From NCBI RefSeq assembly GCF_041886205.1, contig NZ_CP169029.1: a DNA stretch of 64,000 nt; one strand, 5' to 3'. Numbering within the stretch: the stretch's first letter is position 1; each line of letters starts with the position of its first letter. Shown here in pieces: positions 10,799 through 19,950 of the stretch. This stretch comes from Escherichia coli (GTDB lineage Bacteria > Pseudomonadota > Gammaproteobacteria > Enterobacterales > Enterobacteriaceae). The notes below the pieces were generated by a model. The model was not told where the DNA came from. It searched no databases and saw nothing but the letters and a program-made list of their open reading frames with translations. The position numbers and the translations under genes are program-made.

Positions 10799-11530
10799 AT
10801 GAAAAAAGTTCTGATTGCCGCGTTAATTGCAGGTTTTAGTCTTTCCGCCACAGCTGCCGAAACCATTCGTTTTGCTACCGAAGCCTCCTATCCTCCGTTT
10901 GAATCGATTGATGCAAACAACCAGATCGTTGGTTTTGACGTCGACCTGGCACAAGCGCTGTGTAAAGAGATTGATGCAACCTGCACTTTCTCTAACCAGG
11001 CGTTTGACAGCCTGATCCCAAGCCTGAAATTCCGTCGCGTAGAAGCAGTGATGGCGGGCATGGATATCACTCCGGAGCGTGAAAAGCAGGTGCTGTTTAC
11101 CACCCCGTACTATGACAACTCTGCCCTGTTTGTGGGTCAGCAAGGCAAATACACCAGTGTTGATCAGCTGAAAGGCAAAAAAGTCGGCGTGCAGAACGGG
11201 ACGACACACCAGAAATTCATTATGGATAAGCACCCGGAAATCACCACCGTTCCGTATGACAGCTACCAGAACGCAAAACTGGATCTGCAAAACGGGCGTA
11301 TCGACGGCGTCTTCGGTGACACCGCAGTGGTCACTGAGTGGCTGAAAGATAACCCGAAACTGGCGGCGGTGGGCGACAAAGTGACCGATAAAGATTACTT
11401 CGGCACTGGCCTCGGCATCGCGGTACGTCAGGGCAACACTGAGCTGCAGCAGAAACTCAACACTGCGCTGGAAAAAGTGAAGAAAGATGGCACTTACGAA
11501 ACCATCTACAACAAATGGTTCCAGAAGTAA
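10799..11530 (+). CDS. artI: Arginine-binding periplasmic protein ArtI
   Basis: 243-aa ORF with signal peptide; paralogous to artJ product in this window. Confidence 0.93.
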   Translation: MKKVLIAALIAGFSLSATAAETIRFATEASYPPFESIDANNQIVGFDVDLAQALCKEIDATCTFSNQAFDSLIPSLKFRRVEAVMAGMDITPEREKQVLFTTPYYDNSALFVGQQGKYTSVDQLKGKKVGVQNGTTHQKFIMDKHPEITTVPYDSYQNAKLDLQNGRIDGVFGDTAVVTEWLKDNPKLAAVGDKVTDKDYFGTGLGIAVRQGNTELQQKLNTALEKVKKDGTYETIYNKWFQK

Positions 11531-11536
11531 TTCCTG

Positions 11537-12253
11537 ATGAATGAATTTTTTCCTTTAGCAAGCGCCGCCGGGATGACCGTCGGCCTTGCCGTTTGTGCAT
11601 TGATTGTCGGGCTGGCGCTGGCGATGTTCTTTGCGGTATGGGAGTCTGCAAAATGGCGTCCTGTCGCGTGGGCAGGTTCAGCGCTGGTAACCATTCTGCG
11701 TGGCCTGCCAGAAATTCTGGTGGTGCTGTTTATCTATTTTGGCTCCTCGCAGCTGCTGCTGACGCTTTCGGATGGCTTCACTATCAATCTTGGGTTCGTG
11801 CAGATCCCGGTGCAGATGCAGATTGAGAACTTCGACGTTAGCCCGTTCCTTTGTGGTGTCATCGCTCTGTCACTGCTGTATGCCGCCTATGCCTCGCAAA
11901 CGCTGCGCGGTGCGCTGAAAGCGGTGCCGGTGGGCCAGTGGGAATCCGGACAGGCGCTGGGGCTGTCGAAATCGGCTATCTTTTTCCGTCTGGTGATGCC
12001 GCAGATGTGGCGTCATGCGCTGCCTGGCCTCGGTAACCAGTGGCTGGTGCTGCTGAAAGATACCGCGCTGGTCAGTTTGATAAGCGTGAATGATTTAATG
12101 CTACAAACCAAAAGCATCGCTACCCGTACCCAGGAACCATTTACCTGGTACATTGTGGCGGCGGCGATTTACCTGGTGATCACCCTGCTCAGTCAGTACA
12201 TTCTCAAACGCATTGACCTGCGCGCGACACGTTTTGAGCGGAGGCCCAGCTAA
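11537..12253 (+). CDS. artQ: Arginine ABC transporter permease ArtQ
   Basis: 238-aa hydrophobic ORF; operon position. Confidence 0.93.
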   Translation: MNEFFPLASAAGMTVGLAVCALIVGLALAMFFAVWESAKWRPVAWAGSALVTILRGLPEILVVLFIYFGSSQLLLTLSDGFTINLGFVQIPVQMQIENFDVSPFLCGVIALSLLYAAYASQTLRGALKAVPVGQWESGQALGLSKSAIFFRLVMPQMWRHALPGLGNQWLVLLKDTALVSLISVNDLMLQTKSIATRTQEPFTWYIVAAAIYLVITLLSQYILKRIDLRATRFERRPS

Positions 12254-12921
12254 TGTTTGAGTATTTACCCGAACTGATGAAAGGGCTGCACACCAGCCTG
12301 ACGCTAACCGTTGCCTCGCTGATTGTGGCGCTGATTCTGGCATTGATTTTTACCATTATCCTGACGCTGAAAACGCCGGTGCTGGTGTGGCTGGTGCGGG
12401 GCTATATCACGCTGTTTACCGGTACGCCGCTGCTGGTGCAGATCTTCCTGATTTATTACGGGCCGGGCCAGTTCCCGACGTTGCAGGAGTATCCGGCACT
12501 GTGGCATTTGTTGTCAGAACCGTGGTTATGTGCGCTGATTGCGTTATCGCTGAACAGTGCGGCGTATACCACGCAGCTGTTTTACGGTGCAATTCGTGCG
12601 ATCCCAGAAGGTCAGTGGCAGTCCTGTAGCGCCCTGGGAATGAGCAAAAAAGATACGCTGGCGATCCTGCTGCCGTATGCCTTTAAACGCTCGCTCTCTT
12701 CTTATTCCAACGAAGTGGTGCTGGTGTTCAAAAGTACCTCTCTGGCTTACACCATTACGCTGATGGAAGTGATGGGATACAGCCAGTTGTTGTACGGACG
12801 CACCTACGATGTAATGGTGTTCGGTGCGGCAGGGATTATTTACCTGGTCGTCAACGGCCTGCTGACGCTGATGATGCGTCTGATCGAGCGCAAAGCACTG
12901 GCGTTTGAGCGAAGGAATTAA
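12253..12921 (+). CDS. artM: Arginine ABC transporter permease ArtM
   Basis: 222-aa hydrophobic ORF; TAATG stop/start overlap with artQ. Confidence 0.93.
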   Translation: MFEYLPELMKGLHTSLTLTVASLIVALILALIFTIILTLKTPVLVWLVRGYITLFTGTPLLVQIFLIYYGPGQFPTLQEYPALWHLLSEPWLCALIALSLNSAAYTTQLFYGAIRAIPEGQWQSCSALGMSKKDTLAILLPYAFKRSLSSYSNEVVLVFKSTSLAYTITLMEVMGYSQLLYGRTYDVMVFGAAGIIYLVVNGLLTLMMRLIERKALAFERRN

Positions 12922-12927
12922 TGTGGC

Positions 12928-12975
12928 TGCGTGCTGATGCCGGATGCGGCGTGAACGCCTTATCCGGCCTACATA
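12928..12975. repeat. REP (repetitive extragenic palindrome) element downstream of artM
   Basis: Sequence gatgccggatgcggcgtgaacgccttatccggcctaca matches the E. coli REP consensus family. Confidence 0.7.
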
Positions 12976-12995
12976 GTGCATAAATTCTTATAATG

Positions 12996-13032
12996 AAGAC
13001 GGGCAACCCAATAAGTTGTCCGTCTTTTTTTA
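12996..13032 (+). terminator. Rho-independent terminator of artPIQM
   Basis: 12-bp stem (aagacgggcaac / gttgtccgtctt, one mismatch) with 7-nt loop followed by TTTTTTTATTT. Confidence 0.7.
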
Positions 13033-13146
13033 TTTCATTTAAATTATTTAATCATATTTATTGCATATAAATTCACTTGGTGGCATTGTTATCCCATGCC
13101 GCAGACACGGCCAAAAATCATAAGATTGACAGACGGGAGTTCCATC

Positions 13147-13878
13147 ATGAAAAAGTTAGTTCTTGCCGCTTTACTTGCTTCCTTTACTTTCGGTGCTTCT
13201 GCCGCAGAGAAAATCAATTTTGGCGTTTCAGCCACCTATCCACCCTTTGAATCTATAGGTGCTAATAATGAGATTGTCGGCTTTGATATCGATCTGGCAA
13301 AAGCCTTGTGCAAACAAATGCAGGCAGAATGTACTTTTACTAATCACGCGTTCGACAGCCTGATCCCGTCACTGAAATTCAGAAAATATGACGCCGTAAT
13401 CTCCGGTATGGATATCACCCCGGAGCGTAGCAAACAGGTATCGTTTACCACGCCCTACTACGAAAACTCAGCCGTCGTGATTGCCAAAAAAGATACCTAC
13501 AAAACGTTTGCCGATCTGAAAGGCAAACGTATTGGGATGGAAAACGGCACCACGCACCAGAAATATATTCAGGATCAGCACCCCGAAGTGAAAACTGTCT
13601 CCTATGACAGTTATCAGAATGCCTTTATCGATCTGAAAAATGGCCGTATTGATGGGGTATTTGGTGACACAGCGGTGGTTAATGAATGGCTGAAAACCAA
13701 CCCGCAACTGGGCGTTGCGACTGAAAAAGTGACCGATCCGCAATACTTCGGCACCGGCCTGGGTATCGCTGTACGTCCGGATAACAAAGCTCTGCTGGAA
13801 AAACTGAATAACGCGCTGGCAGCAATTAAAGCTGACGGCACGTATCAGAAAATCAATGACCAGTGGTTCCCGCAATAA
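13147..13878 (+). CDS. artJ: Arginine-binding periplasmic protein ArtJ
   Basis: ORF trimmed to ATG at 13147 (243 aa); signal peptide; highly similar to ArtI. Confidence 0.93.
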   Translation: MKKLVLAALLASFTFGASAAEKINFGVSATYPPFESIGANNEIVGFDIDLAKALCKQMQAECTFTNHAFDSLIPSLKFRKYDAVISGMDITPERSKQVSFTTPYYENSAVVIAKKDTYKTFADLKGKRIGMENGTTHQKYIQDQHPEVKTVSYDSYQNAFIDLKNGRIDGVFGDTAVVNEWLKTNPQLGVATEKVTDPQYFGTGLGIAVRPDNKALLEKLNNALAAIKADGTYQKINDQWFPQ

Positions 13879-13888
13879 TTATTCATTT

Positions 13889-13916
13889 GCCGGAGTGGGC
13901 GAACCCCCACTCCGGC
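13889..13916. terminator. GC-rich stem-loop between convergent artJ and sulfatase gene (no U-tract on either strand)
   Basis: gccggagtggg / cccactccggc 11-bp perfect stem; located between two stop codons. Confidence 0.4.
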
Positions 13917-13928
13917 AAAATCACCTCT

Positions 13929-15410
13929 CTACACTAACCCCAGGCGCTGAAACTGCTCTGGCGGCGCATCATTGTCTTTCATCAACTGAATCAGCAACGC
14001 GATCATCCGGGCCTCGATCGCATCATCATGAATCGGATGCAGCTGCTGCGGATCGTTTTGCAGATCAAACAGCAAATGACCAAACTGATTCAGCCCCTTA
14101 TATTTCTCCTGTGCCGGGATGCGTAGCACCTTTAACCCTTTGGTGAAACGAAACGGTGGAGCCAGCGATAAAGCCCGCATCTCATCCACCGGATAGCGGC
14201 TGTTCATTTTGCAAGCCATTAAGGTGTAGTTAGCAATATCATCCTCACGCCCCGGCAGCGCGGCACGCATATACACATAACGCCCATCGGTTACGTTGAC
14301 ATGACCACTGAAGACACCAAATATAACCGCACTGCGTACCGGTTCATCGTGGCTGACCGTTTTCGCCAGCGGTTGCCCCTGCACATCGGGCGGCACCGGC
14401 TGCTGAAAAAAGTCATACAACGTAGGTGCCCAGTCGATCATCTGCACCAGCGCCTGACGCCGTTCGCCTTTTACACCGCTGCGCGGATCCCATATAAACA
14501 GCGGGTTATTCGCCACTTCGTTGTAATAAGGCATCTGGTTTTTCGCCCACCAGCCATGCTCACCAAGTAAAAAACCGTGGTCGGTGCCAACAATCAGCAT
14601 GGTGTCTCGCCACAGATCGTGCTCATCCATCAGGTCGAGAATGCGCCCCAGGTTACGATCGCACATCGATACCAGCGAGCGATATCGGCAGCGGATATGC
14701 TCCACGGCCTCGTCGCTTTCCTGAACCCTGCCACGTGGCCAGTCATAATACGGCCCGCTCCAGTCATCCTCATATAACGAAAGGTACTCTTCCGTTGTGT
14801 AAAACGGCTCGTGCGGATCAAACGTTTCGACCTGCAATAACCAGTTATCTTGCGCGTGGTTTTTGTGGATAAATGCACAACCCGCGTCAAAGACTTTGGT
14901 TTGGGGAAAATCCGCTTCCTGCTGAATATATTCCCGGTTGGCCCAGTCATGACGCCACAGGCCAGAAACACCGCCGCCGGTCTGCTTTTGCGGCTCCCGT
15001 AGCACCTCGGGAATAGGCGGTTGCGCAACGCTCGCCTGCCAGTGATCGCCTTCCTGGCCGCGCACAATCTCCCATGAACTGTAGCGATTATGGTAATTTC
15101 CGCCACCATCTTCCCAGTAATGCAAATGATCGCTTATCAGGTGGGTATAGATCCCCGCCTTTGTAAGCAGCTCCGGCATGGAGTCGTCAAACGGTTCTAA
15201 CGGCCCCCACTCCCGGTGCAGAAAATTGCATCGCCCGGTATGCAGCTCCCGTCGGGCGGGCATGCAGGGCATACTCCCGACGTAGCTGTTTTCAAAGGTG
15301 GCGGCATGTGCCGCCAGGCGTTGGAAGTTCTCTGCTTTTGTCAATAAGTCGCCATACGGGGGTAAATATCTTTTGTTCAGGCTATCGAACAGGAGAATAA
15401 TGGCTTTCAT
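13929..15410 (-). CDS. Cys-type (formylglycine) sulfatase family protein, predicted cytoplasmic (no signal peptide)
   Basis: 493-aa ORF; sulfatase signature C-x-P-x-R (SMPCMPARRELHTGR) at residues ~46-60; N-terminal LLFDSL..YG resembles sulfatase metal-binding start; last gene of PTS operon. Confidence 0.8.
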   Translation of the reverse strand: MKAIILLFDSLNKRYLPPYGDLLTKAENFQRLAAHAATFENSYVGSMPCMPARRELHTGRCNFLHREWGPLEPFDDSMPELLTKAGIYTHLISDHLHYWEDGGGNYHNRYSSWEIVRGQEGDHWQASVAQPPIPEVLREPQKQTGGGVSGLWRHDWANREYIQQEADFPQTKVFDAGCAFIHKNHAQDNWLLQVETFDPHEPFYTTEEYLSLYEDDWSGPYYDWPRGRVQESDEAVEHIRCRYRSLVSMCDRNLGRILDLMDEHDLWRDTMLIVGTDHGFLLGEHGWWAKNQMPYYNEVANNPLFIWDPRSGVKGERRQALVQMIDWAPTLYDFFQQPVPPDVQGQPLAKTVSHDEPVRSAVIFGVFSGHVNVTDGRYVYMRAALPGREDDIANYTLMACKMNSRYPVDEMRALSLAPPFRFTKGLKVLRIPAQEKYKGLNQFGHLLFDLQNDPQQLHPIHDDAIEARMIALLIQLMKDNDAPPEQFQRLGLV

Positions 15411-15422
15411 TGCTCATCCCTT

Positions 15423-15743
15423 TTATTTGTTTATCAGATAAGGGAAATGCTGTTGGACGACTTCATAAATCTGTGCACCAATCGTTTCACCATCCATAAT
15501 ATTTTCAATCGGGATCAGATATTGCCCGTGTTTCGGGTCCAGACTGACTACGTCGAGTAATTTTTTGGAAATAGCAAAAATATCTGCCCAGTCGGTAAAT
15601 CCTCCCACCTCACCTGCGGCAGTATGTTCCATTTCAACTTTGAACTCATATTTCGTCAGTGCTTTTTTAACGACCGTTTGTAACATCACGCTACTACCGA
15701 CACCATAACCACAGACAAACAGAATATTAATTGTATCTTTCAT
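15423..15743 (-). CDS. PTS EIIB component, L-ascorbate (UlaB/SgaB) family
   Basis: 106-aa ORF; N-terminal INILFVCGYGVGSS with phospho-accepting Cys in the position typical of UlaB-type EIIB. Confidence 0.8.
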   Translation of the reverse strand: MKDTINILFVCGYGVGSSVMLQTVVKKALTKYEFKVEMEHTAAGEVGGFTDWADIFAISKKLLDVVSLDPKHGQYLIPIENIMDGETIGAQIYEVVQQHFPYLINK

Positions 15744-15764
15744 TTTTACATCCTTAATAGTGAA

Positions 15765-17108
15765 TTATCCCGCGTAAGGACCAAGGTGGAATGTTGCAGC
15801 GATAAATTTCAGAACTTCACAAATAGCAGGCCATACAGTTGCCCAGTCAAATATTCCTGTCCAGCCGACGCCATTTTCAGCAAGCCCGGTTAACGGAATA
15901 GCCCACACCGTACCGAAGGTCTGAATAATACCCAGCAAGAAGGTACAGATAATTACGGAGCGGTATCCGCCCATGCGGTTTGCTAAAACGCCAATCGGGC
16001 CGCCTGAGAAAAATAACGGTACAAAGCCTGGCAATACCATAATGGGGCTGTGGATCAGTAATAAGATACCCATCGAGAAAATGGTGCCAAAAGTACAGAA
16101 GACAAAACCTAACGTTGCGGCTTTGGGTGAAAAAGGCAACAGCGCGGCGACATCGACGGCGGGAATGGCATTAGGAATAAAGCGATCCTGCCAGCCTTTA
16201 AAAGAACCGTTAATTTCACCGACCATCATGCGCACGCCCTGCAACAGAATGACCATGTACATGGAGAACTGTAAGCCCAGGTTGATAATATAGATGTACC
16301 AGGGTTTACCTTTTGCCATCATCTGAACGTTATCGATGCCCGTGGAGAGCAGGAACCCGCCAACAAACAGCGTCATCACAATGGCGATAGCCGTCACGTT
16401 GTGGTTAAAAATCGCCAGCCAGCCGGGGAGTTTCAGGTTTTCAGCATCGTGCTTTTCCGGGTCGCCAAATTTATGCGCGAATTTGGAGAAAAACCACAAA
16501 CCCAACATCTGGTTATGGGCAATGGTAAAACCGGCATCTTTGGTCACTTTGGCAATGGGTTTAGCAATGAGCGTGGTGGAAAAAGCCCAGAATATACCCG
16601 TTAATACCCCGGCGATAATAATCGATGTAGTCCAGCTAAATCCTAACCAAAAAACGATTAACCATAATACTGCCTGAGAATGTGACACACCGGTATTACC
16701 GGTCAGGAATATTCCTTTGGCACCGGTATAGCGACCAAACAGCACCAGTAAGAGGTTGGTAAAAAACGCCAGAACAAATACATAACCTACGTAACCAAAA
16801 TTATCCCCCAACGCAATTTGCGTTGCGGCTTTCATGGCGTAGGAATCCATTAAATAACCGTGAACGCCATAGGCTTTACTTACCGCTTCTGCCACCGGTT
16901 TAAAGGTTGCGGAAAACTGAAAACCACCAAATAGCACCATCATTAATCCCACCATGGCACTGACCATACCGGTGATTATTTTGATGGGCGATTTTTTATC
17001 GAGGGCATAACCAATGCCCACCAGCAAACCAATTAATATTGCGGGTTCGGTTAAAAACGTTTGAATAACATCTATGAATTTGGCAAACATCGTCGGAACG
17101 CCCTCCAT
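15765..17108 (-). CDS. PTS EIIC permease, L-ascorbate (UlaA/SgaT) family
   Basis: 447-aa polytopic membrane ORF immediately upstream of the EIIB gene; length and hydrophobic profile typical of UlaA-like EIIC; start could be ATG at 17108 or ATG 18 nt downstream. Confidence 0.8.
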   Translation of the reverse strand: MEGVPTMFAKFIDVIQTFLTEPAILIGLLVGIGYALDKKSPIKIITGMVSAMVGLMMVLFGGFQFSATFKPVAEAVSKAYGVHGYLMDSYAMKAATQIALGDNFGYVGYVFVLAFFTNLLLVLFGRYTGAKGIFLTGNTGVSHSQAVLWLIVFWLGFSWTTSIIIAGVLTGIFWAFSTTLIAKPIAKVTKDAGFTIAHNQMLGLWFFSKFAHKFGDPEKHDAENLKLPGWLAIFNHNVTAIAIVMTLFVGGFLLSTGIDNVQMMAKGKPWYIYIINLGLQFSMYMVILLQGVRMMVGEINGSFKGWQDRFIPNAIPAVDVAALLPFSPKAATLGFVFCTFGTIFSMGILLLIHSPIMVLPGFVPLFFSGGPIGVLANRMGGYRSVIICTFLLGIIQTFGTVWAIPLTGLAENGVGWTGIFDWATVWPAICEVLKFIAATFHLGPYAG

Positions 17109-17296
17109 AAGCGTACATTTCCGTTGTCAATGCATGAACCTTCTGCTGACGTTAATAATGCTTCAGGTATTTTTTATTTTTCGCTAAGCGATGCCTCTGC
17201 TAGTATTCGGTAAACGCACTGTAGTAATCAAAACAGTTCATTTAAAGATCTTATTTGATTATTTGTGATTTGATTTGCAAAAATAGCGCAATATAT

Positions 17297-17339
17297 AACC
17301 GTGATCGATCGGTTAATATTAATCGATCGATCACGGTTA
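17297..17339. promoter_or_regulatory. 43-bp near-perfect inverted repeat containing four GATC sites; candidate operator upstream of the PTS-sulfatase operon (or rlmC 3' hairpin)
   Basis: aaccgtgatcgatcggttaatattaatcgatcgatcacggtta is self-complementary with a single mismatched pair; two GATCGATC blocks. Confidence 0.5.
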
Positions 17340-17388
17340 TTATTTGGAATGGATGTATGCCGAAGTGATATTGATTTGAGTGATGTAT

Positions 17389-18516
17389 TTACATTTTTAC
17401 CAGCAGCGTCAGCACTTCATAGTGCGCGGTGTGCGGGAACATATCAAAAAGCTGTACCCGTTCAATACGAAACCCAGGCAGTTCGCGGATATCTTTCGCC
17501 ATAGTTTGGGCGTTACAGCTGGAGTAGATAATAAAACGCGGTGCCATCGTTGAGAGATAATCACACAGCGGTTTACCAATGCCGCGGCGCGGCGGGTTAA
17601 CCAGCACCAGCTCCGGCACCTCCCCCTGAGCGGTGGCAAACTGAGTGGAGTCCAGCGCCTGAAATTGCAAACGCGTTAAGCCCAGTTCAGCGGCTGACTG
17701 CTTTGCACAGGCAATGGCCTCTGGCGCAATTTCGATCCCGGTTAACTGCATGTCAGGCGTCGCGCAGTGTAAACCAAAGCCCCCCACACCGCAGAACAGA
17801 TCCCACATATGTTTAACCGGCAGCTGTCGTACCCAGTCGCGCGCGGTGGCGTACAACTGGCTGGCGACAGCCGGATTAGTCTGGAAGAAACTTTGCGGAC
17901 GGATCCACAGCGGTACGTCATTAAAACGCTCCGCCAGCGACTGTTGTTCGGTCAGGTAGATCTCCGTCTCCCCTTCCATAATCGCCATATGTACCGGCTG
18001 AATATTGACGGTAATAACTTTCAGCTGCGGTAGTTGTTCCTGTAACCACGGCAATGCCTTACGCAGTTGTGCCAGTTTGGTTTCAGAACGCAGTACAAAG
18101 CGCAGCATCATGCCGCCATCGCTCTGGCTTTCAGTCAGCAGAATGTATTTCAGTTCGCCACGCTTACGCGCCACGTTGTAGGGCGTTAACCCCGCTCGGG
18201 CGATAAACGGTTTTAGCGCCGCAAAAACGGGCGCAAATGAGGCAGGATAAAGCGGGCAGTCACAAAGGTCTTCTGGTGTGCCGTCGCGATGCAGCATACC
18301 GAGCAGTGGTTTTTCAACGCTACCACTCACCACCATTTTGGCTTTATTACGAAACCCTTGTTCCGGGCCTGACACCGGCGCGCACCATTCCTCAACCGGA
18401 AAGTCGGCGAGCAGATTTTTAAGATCGGCGGTTTTAGCGGAGAGTTGCTCTGGAATCGGCTGCGTTATCCACTGACAGGAACGACAGCGACCCGCGTCGT
18501 AAAGTGCGCACTGCAT
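17389..18516 (-). CDS. rlmC: 23S rRNA (uracil747-C5)-methyltransferase RlmC
   Basis: 375-aa ORF; N-terminal Cys cluster [14 protein letters not shown] (Fe-S) and SAM-MTase C-terminal half; exact K-12 length. Confidence 0.93.
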   Translation of the reverse strand: MQCALYDAGRCRSCQWITQPIPEQLSAKTADLKNLLADFPVEEWCAPVSGPEQGFRNKAKMVVSGSVEKPLLGMLHRDGTPEDLCDCPLYPASFAPVFAALKPFIARAGLTPYNVARKRGELKYILLTESQSDGGMMLRFVLRSETKLAQLRKALPWLQEQLPQLKVITVNIQPVHMAIMEGETEIYLTEQQSLAERFNDVPLWIRPQSFFQTNPAVASQLYATARDWVRQLPVKHMWDLFCGVGGFGLHCATPDMQLTGIEIAPEAIACAKQSAAELGLTRLQFQALDSTQFATAQGEVPELVLVNPPRRGIGKPLCDYLSTMAPRFIIYSSCNAQTMAKDIRELPGFRIERVQLFDMFPHTAHYEVLTLLVKM

Positions 18517-18556
18517 ACATTGACCTTCACATCATCAGGGGCGACGATTATACACA

Positions 18557-19045
18557 TTATTGCAACTGGAAGAACCGCCGACTGGTCGAGGGAACGAACA
18601 GTAGCATCAGGATGAGCATATCCGGCAATTTCTGCAGCATCAGGCTATGGAAGATTTCACGTTTTGATTCACCGGGAATGCTGAACAGCTCCGGATAACC
18701 ATACCCCAGCGAAGCCGCCCACAAGTAACTTGCGGCCGTGATTTGTGTCAGCAGATACAGCCAGCGCGCCCAGCGACGCCCTTTCACCAGTGAAAACGCA
18801 CACCAGATCTCAATGAAAACCAGCACCAGACTGCTTAAAAAGACCAGCGTTAAACTCCAGGTTTGTACGCTGCGATGAATGAACTCGCCAATACCGCGCA
18901 CGCCCAGCGTATTGAAAATCATCAGCACGTCGAGGCCACGGATCATAATAATGGCGAGCGCCGCCACCTGCACCAGCGCAGGTACATTCAGGCGAGCATG
19001 AGATGAAGATGTTTTCTTAAAAAATCCCAACGTTTCGTCTTCCAT
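18557..19045 (-). CDS. ybjO: Inner membrane protein YbjO
   Basis: 162-aa hydrophobic ORF; synteny between rlmC and potI. Confidence 0.88.
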   Translation of the reverse strand: MEDETLGFFKKTSSSHARLNVPALVQVAALAIIMIRGLDVLMIFNTLGVRGIGEFIHRSVQTWSLTLVFLSSLVLVFIEIWCAFSLVKGRRWARWLYLLTQITAASYLWAASLGYGYPELFSIPGESKREIFHSLMLQKLPDMLILMLLFVPSTSRRFFQLQ

Positions 19046-19104
19046 GAAAACAATGCCGCGACATGCGCGGCATTATGTAGCCAGGTTGGCAAATTTTAGT
19101 GTCT

Positions 19105-19950
19105 TCAGCCACGTCTTGCACGCTGGATATCGCGTATCCGCTGCTTTTCTGCGCGCGCCATCAGATACCAGGCGATAAATCCGACAATTCCGACCGCGCC
19201 GAGGATTAACGTCGCCAGGGCGTTAATTTCCGGATTCACCCCCATCCGCACGCTGGAGAAGACCAGCATCGGTAACGTGGTGGCTCCCGGCCCGGAAACA
19301 AAGCTGGCGATCACCAGATCATCAAGCGACAAAGTAAAAGCAAGCAGCCAGCCAGAAATGATCGCGGGCATGATCATCGGTAGCGTAATGACGAAAAACA
19401 CTTTCAGCGGCGTCGCACCGAGATCCATCGCCGCTTCTTCTATCGAGCGATCCAGTTCCCGCAGACGCGAAGAAATAACGACCGCCACATAAGCCGTACA
19501 GAAAGTGACATGCGCCAGCCAGATGGTGAGCATACCGCGGTCCGCAGGCCAGCCGATGGCGTGTGCAAGCGCGACAAACAGTAGCAGCAACGACAGCCCA
19601 GTGATCACATCCGGCATCACCAGCGGCGCGGTGATCATAAAGGCAAAGCCATTTGATCCGCGAAACCTGCCAAAGCGCACCAGCACCACCGCCGCGATAG
19701 TACCGAGGACAGCCGCCGCCGTCGCCGCACAGGCGGCAATCGTCAGGCTTAAACCCACCGCGCTCATCATCGCGTCATCACGCAATAATTCGCCGTACCA
19801 GCGCGTTGACCAGCCCGCCCATACCGTCACCAGCTTCGAGCTGTTAAACGAATAGATAACCAGCATCAACATTGGCGCATAGAGAAAGGTGAAGCCCAGC
19901 AGCAAAATCACAATCCGCCAGGGCGAACGAACTACCGGTAAATTATTCAT
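19105..19950 (-). CDS. potI: Putrescine ABC transporter permease PotI
   Basis: ORF trimmed to ATG at 19950 (281 aa); start overlaps potH stop. Confidence 0.92.
   Translation of the reverse strand: MNNLPVVRSPWRIVILLLGFTFLYAPMLMLVIYSFNSSKLVTVWAGWSTRWYGELLRDDAMMSAVGLSLTIAACAATAAAVLGTIAAVVLVRFGRFRGSNGFAFMITAPLVMPDVITGLSLLLLFVALAHAIGWPADRGMLTIWLAHVTFCTAYVAVVISSRLRELDRSIEEAAMDLGATPLKVFFVITLPMIMPAIISGWLLAFTLSLDDLVIASFVSGPGATTLPMLVFSSVRMGVNPEINALATLILGAVGIVGFIAWYLMARAEKQRIRDIQRARRG

Noticed and set aside
10149-10799. 216-aa ORF on the minus strand
   Set aside because: Completely antisense to artP, which has unambiguous ABC ATPase motifs; no independent support.
16336-16677. 113-aa ORF on the plus strand
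   Set aside because: Antisense within the PTS EIIC gene; no RBS or motif support.
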